Assembly: GCF_036321535.1 (NCBI RefSeq)
Contig: NC_087436.1
Coordinates: 27,096,001-27,160,000, forward strand
DNA: 64,000 nucleotides
Direction of reading: 5' to 3'
Source of the DNA: Camelus dromedarius
Lineage: Eukaryota
Shown: one piece after another, positions 53,964 to 64,000 of the stretch
How positions within the stretch are numbered: the first letter of the stretch is position 1
Layout: each line of letters begins with the position of its first letter
Notes under the pieces: model-generated
The model's database searches: none
What the model saw: only the letters and a program-made list of their open reading frames with translations
Told to the model about the DNA's origin: nothing
Position numbers and translations under genes: made by a program

Positions 53964-54640
53964 TGATATTGACTAGGAGTGCCTGGAGGCGCTCACCAGG
54001 GGCCTTTACTAGCTGTGGTAAGTCCAAAAGCCCCATGGACATTTCCCTCCCTGGAGCCAATGCTGTGGCTGGGCCAGCCCTTGTGGCTCTTATTATGACT
54101 GCAAGATGTACCTTAGCAACCATCAGTTAGGGGACATGGGAAAAATAAGGTTTATCATTCACAAGTCCTGGAGGGTACACAGATACCTGGAGCCACAGAG
54201 TGAGGTCACAGATAGAAAGAGAAGGAGATTGAGTGAAGACATGCCTTTATGGGGTAGAGGGTGGGGTGCCTAGGGTTTCATGGGTTTATTATTTATTAGT
54301 GAAATAAAAACATAAGAGCAGGAATTAAAGCACCCGAAGGGAAATACAGGGTCACTACAGAGGTCACTTACCTAGGTCACCCAGTGCTTTCTATAAAGGG
54401 AAACTTCATGAGTTGGGTGGCCTGGCTCTTTTTCTAGTTATGTAGCTGGCAATGTGTTTATTCAAGGTGGATGACTTTGAAATGAATGCCTCAGCAATCA
54501 AAAGCTTAATGTCAGGCACTTACATTACATATATATACATATACATACATACACATATAAATATACATATACATACACACACACATATATATACATATCC
54601 ATATATATATAAAGCTAATTGTCAGGCACTTACCCTATCT
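53964..54640. mobile_element. Probable solo ERV LTR with internal AT/AC microsatellite
   Basis: Abrupt GC-richer block beginning TGATA and ending TATC(T); LTR-like composition; family and TSD not resolved. Confidence 0.55.
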
Positions 54641-55974
54641 GCTTTTTGGTGCCCAAAATTCTCTTAGCAAAATATAACTGCCTTCACACTCTGTAAAGAT
54701 ATGGTTTTTTAATCTAAATATCTTTTTAACAGATAATATATTGAAAATGTATGACCAGGGTAAATGGTATATCAAATGGGTTGAAGAGCATATTTTCATA
54801 GTAGAGGGAGTGGGGAAGGAAGAGATGGAAAGAGAATAAGAGGCTCGAATTCCTGAAGGACAGACTAAAGGAGACCCATGAAAAGAAGAACATGATTTTA
54901 AAGAAGTTGAATTCATTAAAGATGTATTATGCCAGTTTTAAAATGTTATCTTTGGTAGAGGAAGTAATGTAACTAAGGTTTAGAGAAATAATAAAAATGA
55001 TTTAAAATCTTTCAGAGAATTGATAAAGCTAATCATCCTTTTTATTGCTATAGTTGTCTGTTTTAGTGCTGACTACATGCCAGGACTATGCTTTGTGTTT
55101 TAAATAAATTATGTAATTAAATCCTATGTCATTCCTGGCTATAAGTCTCATTACTATTTTTACTACATAGATAAACATATTGGCCCTTAGAGTTCTCAGG
55201 AAAAGTATTATTAGATTATTATTTAGTAAATGGCATAGCAGAAATGCAAGTTTATACTCTTTACAAGTAAGCACTTTTTCAGAATTGTTTTTAATAGGAC
55301 ATTTAGAAAGAAAATTTAGGAAAATTTATAAAAAGAGATAATGTAAAACCCTTCCAAAATCTTTATTGAGTAACAAAAGTGGAGGGAAGACGATCACTAA
55401 ATATTCTTCTGGGGAACGTGAAGTATCATCGTGTTGCTCCCTCAGTAAGTTCCAAATCACCTATTGACTTGGAGACTTTTAGAAGCTAAATATGCATAGT
55501 CCTGCACTGGGTTGCCGGCGATGAAGCTCTTCTTAGATCCTGCTGTTCTATGTATTTGAAGAGACAGGGACTGCTTCCTAGAAAGGAAATCCAAGTCATT
55601 ATTAGAGGTCATGCTTTTCTGTAAGACACCACAAGAAACTGTTAAGTTTCTTGGCGGGAAAAGAATGCAAATAGAAGTGTTCTGGAGAAATCAAACACAA
55701 ATATGTTATTACCACATTGCTGTCAGGTAAAAGCTAGAGTCCTAAAATCCTTTCCCAACTAAGATAAAATGGCAGCTGGAAAGCTGAAATCTATTCCAAT
55801 TTAAGACCAAACCTGAAGAAATCCTTTAACCTCCCATTCCAGATCTTCCAGGAAATGGAGCTGTGATTGTGTTGAAATGACTCAGTGTCCAAAAAGCAAG
55901 TTGAGTAGAGGAGTAGAACTTAGATTTGTCTTTTGCCTCTTCCTCTGTGAAGGATTAGTCTAATTTTTTGATCA

Positions 55975-56370
55975 ACATGCATGGGTTGGGTTTCCTTGGA
56001 AACAGACTTTGAAACTAATATTTGCATGAAGGATGTTACTTGGAGAGGGATTTGGGAACAAAACACTTGTGAGGAAGCGAGGAAAGGAGGACTGTACAGA
56101 TGGAGAAGTTGAAAGTAAGTTAGGATGCCCCTTCAGAGATGTGTAAAAGGGAAACCTGGCTAATGAGCCTTTGACTTGAATTGGCCAATCATTGGATACA
56201 GGCCATATGGGAGAGGAGGAGAGGAAGTCATCTTGAACAAGGCAGCTTCCTCTTACAGAGGAGCCTCTTCAGGGAATCTCAGCTGTGAGCTATCAGCAGA
56301 CAACACTTCAGCACCTGAGGAAATTAGTTCTGAAAGGGGATTGGCGTGGTCCACCTAAGTAGCCACACCA
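55975..56370. mobile_element. Old ERVL LTR (LTR16-like)
   Basis: GGTTGGGTTTCCTTGGAAACAGACTTTGA...TTTGCATGAAGGATGTTACTTGG...GGAGAAGTTGAA...AGCTGTGAGCTATCAGCAG. Confidence 0.6.
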
Positions 56371-56391
56371 GTGAAGGACTACCAGATATAC

Positions 56392-56394
56392 GTG

Positions 56395-56427
<33 letters not shown>
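56392..56427. repeat. (GT)n microsatellite, one interruption
   Basis: Direct reading. Confidence 0.97.
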
Positions 56428-59400
56428 TTGGGAGGGAGTTGAACAAATATAATAATACCTATTGGAGGTCCTTCCATTATACAAAAAAAAACCCTGCTTT
56501 TGATCTCATAGTCGAGTTGATTTAGGCTGAAAAGATGACACTCATAAAGGTAAAAGTAATTTACACTGCATGTGGTTACTCAAGAAACATTGAAAAATCA
56601 AACCTTTGAGTTTGCACCAAAATAGCTTAGTATTGCCAAATAATGGGGTCTGTGGATTATTTGTAATCATAGGTCCCTTGACTATCTCTGCAGTTCTAAT
56701 TTCCCTGAGGTGAATTCTTCCAAATCTGCTAAAGTTCAGGTTGTGCAAAGTGTGCTGGCTGCCTCGAGGCAAAGAGTGGAAGAGTTGAACTGAATATTAA
56801 AATGTCTGCAGTAGTCAGTTTTGCTGCTTATCAGTCACTCTTGGAATAAAAAGGTGGAAAACAACGGTTGCTGAGGCTCAGCAGTTAAACTGAGGTATCA
56901 GCCATGTTCTGATGTGGACAAAGTTACATTCTGGGATTTGGGTAGATAAGCTAATTAATGGCTGTCCTAAAGCATCTCCATTCTTTCCTGCCCCAAGGGC
57001 TTTCACATCTTCAACTTACCTTTTCAGGAATTTCTATGAAATAAACTTAATTCCAAATGTAGAACATTGTATCTATCATTGGCTGCAGACCAAAGGGACT
57101 TTGTTTTTTAATGTTTCATCTATCTTGCACACATCTGTTTATAGAACTCAGACCAACATACCTATACTCAGAATTTTTTTCAGGAATGACTAGTTTTATC
57201 TCCTCATATTACAATGACAGATCCCCCATAGTCTTTAAACATATCCATTAGTATCAATGAGATCACAATGGCCAGCATAGTTAATTTACATTGCCATTTC
57301 TGCTTGTTGGAATATTCCATCCATGAATTTATAGTAAATATATGAACCATACTTTTTAAAAGTCATATATGTTACTCTGTACTAAAGTGTATCTGTAATA
57401 TCCATGTCAGCACTGGGAAGTAGAATATCTTGGACAGAAGAAACACAATAATTATGGAAGAAATAACACTGCATCAAAAGTTTCAAGAGAAAATAGAATG
57501 GGTCATACAGTAAATTTTCTGTACAAATGCAAGCTTTTCCCATCCAGTAAATTAAGAGAGATACCTAGCTCTGCCTATCTGTTGATGAGGAATAATCAAA
57601 TATTTTATAATTGTAAAATACTTTAAATATTTGGATAGATACATAACAAAAAGCATTTTGCCCTCTATGTATATCCCCATCACTTTAAAACTGGATGGTA
57701 CAGAGGTCTCATTGAATCTTGCAACTAGCGATTTGTTAGACCCCACATTAGTACTCACTGCTGTTGTTCTGCATTTAATTCTCTTTAAGGAGGTATTTGT
57801 GACAGCTTAGGGTTTTCCTAGCTGTTAAATCAATTCAAAAAGGTTAGCATTGCAGTCACATGGAAACAATAACTTCAGAGGAACATGATCATAGACAATG
57901 GCACTCTCAAATTGTAAATCATACAAATAGATCCCCAGGAATACACAGACACCCTGGGGAGGCCAAAAGAAAGAGAAGACACTGGAGGCCAATTGTGATG
58001 GCCAAGGAGACTTACAATGTAGTTGACACTAAATTCGAAGACATTGTTAGCATATATGTGTGTGTATATATTTTTTCAAAAAAATTTTAGTTAAAATAAT
58101 GTTTTAGTATTTTTTAAAGTATTGGTGAAGTATCTTAGAATTGAAAATATAAAAATATTAAAATGAGAAATAAAAATTAGATACTAAAATAGGCTCTATA
58201 TTGAGGTCAACTAAAATGGAGAACTCAAATAATTTGACAATGAATAAAATAAAATATAAAACAATCTACAAAATTATAATTCCACAGTATAATTCTTGAT
58301 ATAGTCAATGGAATATAGTAATTGAGAGACTTTAATAAAGAATATCTATGTTAATTTTAAAAAATAATTTTCCTTCAGGATGGGTTAAAAATTACTTTAA
58401 AAATTACCATTTTCCATTCACAGACATGGCTCCATTGGCATAGTATTTCCTTAAGGATAAACATCAAATATTAAGTATAACTGTATTTTTAGGTATTTGT
58501 TGCAGTATCAATTTCATATTATATATTTGGATGAAAAGTACTTTAGGTTCTTTAAATGGTGCCAGAAACCCCAAGGAAAATAAAGAAGATCTGTGTTCTA
58601 TACATTTGTACATATTCATTCATCTGGTGTCATACAATAATCATCCAGATATTTTCTGATATTTTCAATAGACACATTTTGTTAATGCAAACACTGTCTT
58701 AATATTATTTTAATAATACCTTGAAGAAGGCATAAGTTAAAAGGAAAGAAAATATGCATATATATACTTTATAGATTTGGCTTCCCAAACCATTATTTTT
58801 TCACAGAGAAAAAGGCATTTTACAATCTTTTATGCTTTACTTAGAGTGTAAATGTAACATACACATAAAATTCTAAAAAAACAGAGAGGATTTGGAAAAA
58901 TATACATACATTCATCTAATTATGCCATTTCAAAAGTCTATCACACTGATCTTCCTACTATCTTGTAGAGAAAACTTACATTTGTCATATGTTGGGATGG
59001 GCTACGGACAAAGGCTTCAATCATGCAGAAAGCTGTTTTCAAATTTCCATTAAAAAAAAGCAAGCACCATTTACATGATAAATTACTCCCAGACAAGAAT
59101 CTTAGCTGACTACCCGAGTGCTTGATTCTGTTATCACTGATTTGTCCTTCAGTCTTCAACAGAATGAAAATGAAGGACTTATAACTAATTGTGCCAGGAA
59201 ACAGAGCTAATTTCCTCATACTGCCAAAAAAAAATGCATTGTAAGCCATTAAACTTGAGTGTGAGTAATATCATGTGCAATAACGAAGTATTATTAATGT
59301 CTTTACTGTCTTACAAAGTGTCTTGATTGCTATTCTTACGTAAATTTGCTTCTGAAAAGTTCTACAGATTTTCCTAAAGAACAATGAAAACCATAGGTTT

Positions 59401-59771
59401 CAGTTAATAATGAAGTTTAAAATTTTCTGAAAGAACTTTAAAATTTTTTCACTTCAAGTTGGAAATGAAAAACTTTTCTGTATAGGATAAACAGTTTATC
59501 AGCATCAATTATAATCCTTCATTTGAAGATATATTTTTAAACTTTTAACTATAATCACTTTCTCTCTCCACTTGTTTAACCTGATTAATCATCAGTGAAA
59601 TGAAAATTGAAACCACAATGTGAATCTATTTTGTATGTGCCCAATTGGAAAAGACTGAAAATTAAGTAAAAACAATGTACTGTGAGTAATATCCCACTGT
59701 TAGTGGGAGAAACCATTTTAAAAAATATTTTGATACTGTAGAACCAAGCTAAAATGGAGTCACTTATTTTT

Positions 59772-59990
59772 AAAATCTTAATAGTATATTTTATTTATGA
59801 CCCTATATATCCAAAATATTAGTATGTCAATATTTAATTAAGTAAAATATTAATAAAATTTTTTTGTATTAAGTCTTCTAAATCTAGTAAATGTTTTATA
59901 CTTACAGCACATCTTACTTTGTACTTGACCCCATTTTGAGTGCTCAGTAGGGACACATAGCTATTGTCCATTATGTTGAAAGGCACAGTC
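59772..59990. mobile_element. MER3/MER33-like hAT MITE fragment
   Basis: TATATCCAAAATATTA...AAGTCTTCTAAATCTAG...TTTTATACTTACAGCACATCT...GTGCTCAGTAG..ACACATAGCTA. Confidence 0.75.
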
Positions 59991-60282
59991 CTAGACATTA
60001 ACAACTGTGATAATAATTAGCCATACAGATTTAACACTAAAGTAGAGAGTAAGAAACTAAGCTTTTTAAAAAATCCAGGTAAGAACAATGATTTGCCCTG
60101 TATTTCTGTGGGTGTTCATTTATGAGGCAATTGACTCTGGTTGGAAATCCAAGCTAAGGTCAAGCAAAAAGGTAACTAATTAGTCTCAATGAAAAATTAG
60201 CCTGGATCAGCAATTATTGATTATGTTGTGACAGATACACAGTAGATATATCGTATGCTGTTCTTTGATTGGGATCATAGAA

Positions 60283-60399
60283 CTTTTTTTTTTATTTTTG
60301 TTTTCTTATTGAAATGTAGTTGATTTACAATGTTAGTTCCAGGTATACAGCAAAGCAATTCAGTTATACATATACTTTTTTTTTTTTCAGATTATTGTC
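60283..60399 (-). mobile_element. Short 5'-truncated L1 3' end
   Basis: T-tract, then TTATTGAAATGTAGTTGATTTACAATGTTAG...AGGTATACAGCAAAG...TTCAGTTATACATATA. Confidence 0.85.
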
Positions 60400-61313
60400 C
60401 TAAAATGGAGTCACTTATGTCAGGGACTAAATGGAGACAGTCAATGAAGGCACATAAAGGAAACTTGACCTAAATTTACAGGTGTTTACTCCTCTTCTCA
60501 GAAATCAGTAGAGGAACTCAGCCACTCCCCAAAGTCCAAGTCTGTTGTTCAGGGCATCTCTGAACTTCCTTGTTCTCCTGACTCAGCTACCCTGATCCAA
60601 GTAGGTAAGAAGACTACTAGATAACCAATTACCTGAAAAAGCCAAATGACTTCTGCATTTACTCCATAAAAATCCCTTAGTCCGTGAGCAACTCAGAACT
60701 CATTGCTCTTACAGCCTTGAGTTTCCCGGCTTGCAGATCAAAACCCTTGCTGTAAAGTCATCTTTCTGCTTTGTTTTATTCCATGTACAGAGTTTGACAG
60801 CATTAACTCAGGCAGTTAAGTGTGACCTAACTATAATTATCCCCTGAGGAAGACACCCTGAAGAATCTCTTTGGTATATGCAGAGAGGGACTTGGGAATA
60901 TAAAGTTTTCTTTTGTTTGTTTGTTTAAATTAGGCTATGGCTACAGAGTTTTTTGGTTGATTTTCCTTTAAACTGGCCAGATAATTTTCACACATGTGTT
61001 ATATACATAATGCATGTAACAACAACAATGGAACATTTATTTTCCTTTATTTTCCTTTTCCCTTTTATGTTAAGCTAGAAAGCTGATTTACTGGAATTCC
61101 TCCAGTGAAAACCAGGGTAAATTGGTCAGCTGGAATTCTCTCATCTATAGCAGTGTCTTGATTAGGAAGGAGTGAGGCAAGACAGTATTCACCATATTTT
61201 AAAGTAGTAAAGAATAACCATTTTTATTTATAAAATACTACGTGATTTATATGTTGAATATATTTGACCTATTTACTACTTATGCAAGCATATTTGAAAT
61301 TTTATTAACACAC

Positions 61314-61756
61314 TGTATGATCAGGCCACTCATGATGGCTGTTCTCTTGTGCTCTGTCCAGCCCCTGCTTGACCAGTGCCTGCTTCACCTGTACTCTACC
61401 CACATGATTGACCTTCTGACATACTTGCCCCAGGCCCCAGCTGGTGATTGATCTAATCCAAGGGCGTGAAGGGTGTGCTTCTCTGCTGGTTTCCTTGGGA
61501 ACCAATGAGCCAACCTGACATCAATTCTCCTTATAACTGCTAACTTCCCTCTTCCCCTGGGAGCAAAGCCTGCCACCACGTCCAGCCTGCCATCCACAGC
61601 ACACAGTGGGGAGTTGCTCCAGGACCTTGCTTCAGACACGTAAGTTCCCCCGTGTCCACTAAACCACTGATGTCTCTGTCAGTGACTCCGGGCTCTTTCT
61701 TTGGTCTTGAAGCTAGGTGAGTACAGGCTTACAGGCCTGCAGGGTACAGCCTCACA
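61314..61756 (+). mobile_element. Solo ERVL-class LTR, 443 bp
   Basis: TGT...ACA termini; 5-bp TSD CACAC at 61309-61313 and 61757-61761; TATAA near 61532 and variant signal ACTAAA near 61658. Confidence 0.85.
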
Positions 61757-62552
61757 CACACTAAAAAAGAAGTTTGAGTAAAGAAGTTTGCCTACTTACC
61801 ATTTCTATATCTTAATTTTATATCTATTATACCCAGTACAACCTTCCTTCATGATTGTTTGTCTGGAGGTTAAAGTGAAATGGCATAGCCCCTGAAATGC
61901 ATACTGGTAAAAATTTATTTTCCATACTCTTTTTCAGCTAAGTTAATGTGTCTACAGAGATCTCCTTTATAAGGAAACAAACTCAAAGATGTCTTATTTA
62001 ATTATGTTGTATCTCAACCTCCCTTCAGATTTATCTACTGCAAAATACACCTATAATCTATTCAGTAAAGTTTATCTCATTTACATAGGTAAGTAACACC
62101 AACTTTGCTTATATAAATTTCCATTTATCATCTGTACAGTTTGTCTTCTGATACACATCCACACTGTGGTGACAGCCCATGTTCTTAAGGAGTTGGGACA
62201 TCAAATCTCCTTATCCCTGAAGACTTTGGGTGAAGGGAGGGAGGATTCCCTGGAATACCGTTCCCCTGGTTTCTAAGCGATCTGTTACGCACAGGAGAAA
62301 TCTTCCTCATATCTTTCCTGGGTATTATATATCTGATAAATAGCTGTACACTTCTCAGTATTACTTTTTCAGCCATTGACTTGTTACTTTTACCAATATT
62401 TATTGGCTTTGCCTGTGTGACTTCTGTGTATATTCTTCCCTACGTTCTTTTCCTTCTTTCCTTCTTTACTTTATTTTTTACTGTAACTCTGTTTTTCTAT
62501 TGGATTAGATTAATTGTTTTCATACTTTTTTCTTTGTATATTTGTTATTTTA

Positions 62553-62593
62553 TTACTTTGGGTTCTCCAGAGAAACAGAACACTCCCTCTCTC

Positions 62594-62627
<34 letters not shown>

Positions 62628-63165
62628 AAATTTTAATATATATATATAATTTTATAACAATAATAACAATAAATTCTATATATATAATTTTATATATATA
62701 TACACACACACATATATATATAATTACTATATACTATAAGGAATTGGCTGATGGGATTATGGAGGTTTAGAAGATCTTCAGTTGGCAAGCTGGAGACCTG
62801 GGAGAGACAATGGTGTAGTTCAGTCAAGAGTCTGAGTCTGAGTCTGAAGGCGGAAGACAGATGTTCAGCTAGAAGACGATTAGACAGACAGAAATCATTC
62901 TTTCTTGCTCAGACCTTTATTCAGGACTTCAACAGGTTGAATGAGGCCCACCCACAGTGGGGAGAACAATCTGCTTTACATAGTCAAATTGCTTATTTAA
63001 ATAATAATTTATTCACATGACAATTATTCAAATGTTATTTCCAGTTGCTTATTCAAATGTTAATCTCCTCCAGAAGCACATTCACAGACATACCGAGAAA
63101 TAAATTTTAACCAAATATCTGAGCACCCAGTGACCCAGTTAATTTGACACCTAAAATTACCAAGA
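62553..63165 (-). mobile_element. ERVL LTR (MLT2B-like) with expanded (TA)n
   Basis: GGGTTCTCCAGAGAAACAGAAC, (TA)n-rich 62594-62735, TAAGGAATTGGCT...GCAAGCTGGAGACC...GAGGCCCACCCACA...TTGACACCTAAAATTA. Confidence 0.9.
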
Positions 63166-64000
63166 TAGCTATAACATCTGACTCATAAAAGCTGAAATAC
63201 TTTTCTTGCTCTTTTTCAGCTTTTAACTTTTAGCTTTTAACTCGATGTTGCTTTTTTGCCCAAAAGTAATTTTTTTAATCTAATAAAATATGTCAAATAT
63301 TACTTTACAACTTCTCTAATTGCTTCCCTTGCCTAAGAATATCATAAATTCTAACTTTGGTTTTGGATTAGCTCTGCATATTCTGTCAGTGCAATTACGT
63401 ACCAATAAACCAGAGTTATAATTTGGAATTCATCAAACTGCATGCACATGTTTTTTCTTATTCCCCAATACCTTTACTTTCTTGTTATTTTTCATCCTAT
63501 TAAGGTGAAAATGGATATTTTTCAACATTTTGAGCAATATTTAAGGCTAACATGGGATTTTGAGAAATAGGTATTCAAAAAATTGGAGAACTTGACTTTT
63601 ACATGTAAAATTAAAATATAGGCTTTTACTGTATTTGCAACTGAAGAATAGTGTTGAATAAATGCTTCCTAACTGGTGATTTATGAATACCCTGGGGCTT
63701 GTAATGATTTGAAGATATGCCACAGGCCAATTACTGTTCATACTCTCATGGCACTCACCAAGCTACAGTAAACACAGGTTACTGTAATATCTTTCCAGTA
63801 AATGAAGTCCTGATAAATTCTAGTAACATTCTCTTTTCCAAATAGCTTGCATTATTATTATATGTGTAAAATATAAACAATTGAAATCAGATTTACTTTG
63901 CAGTCTGTCCTTTTTAATAAATCCAGAATAAAAGCTACAGCCAAACTAGACATATAAACATGTCAATATTTTAATATATATTTAGAGCTTGCAAAACAGC

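Larger units (their letters stand above)
59737..60799 (+). mobile_element. Solo ERV LTR split near its 5' end by a ~630-bp insertion
   Basis: TGTAGAACCAAGCTAAAATGGAGTCACTTAT [insert] GTCAGGGACTAAATGGAG...GAGTTTGACA; TG...CA termini, LTR TSD not clear. Confidence 0.65.

Noticed and set aside
62381..62770. 129-aa ORF rich in F, I, Y and L
   Set aside because: Low-complexity T-rich DNA running into the (TA)n tract of an MLT2 LTR
1..64000. Prokaryotic-type systems (CRISPR arrays, operons, defence loci)
   Set aside because: The sequence is mammalian repeat-rich DNA; there is no regularly spaced repeat-spacer array and no long non-L1 ORF

Overview
AT-rich, CpG-depleted mammalian genomic DNA (gene desert or large intron). 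It is probably from a camelid, inferred from a tRNA-Ala-derived SINE resembling Vic-1 and from the L1 3'-end sequence as I recall it. I found no host protein-coding exon. The only recognisable proteins in the ORF track are LINE-1 ORF1 and ORF2 remnants. The window is a mosaic of interspersed repeats: L1, L2, MIR, MaLR/ERVL/ERV1 LTRs, hAT and Tigger DNA transposons, and microsatellites. The structurally notable items are all younger L1 insertions with readable target-site duplications (TSDs). (1) A 3.0-kb TSD-flanked L1 with a complete 5' UTR and ORF1 joined directly to the ORF2 C-terminus at an AG, and with no poly(A) tail; it is a candidate spliced or non-autonomous ORF1-only element. (2) An apparent ~510-bp L1 3' transduction inside an LTR. 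(3) A second, ~35-bp transduction. (4) A twin-priming inversion. (5) A ~40-bp micro-insertion. Repeat family names come from recalled consensus resemblance, not from a database search, and the boundaries of old repeats are approximate. I see no evidence for a new protein-coding system.
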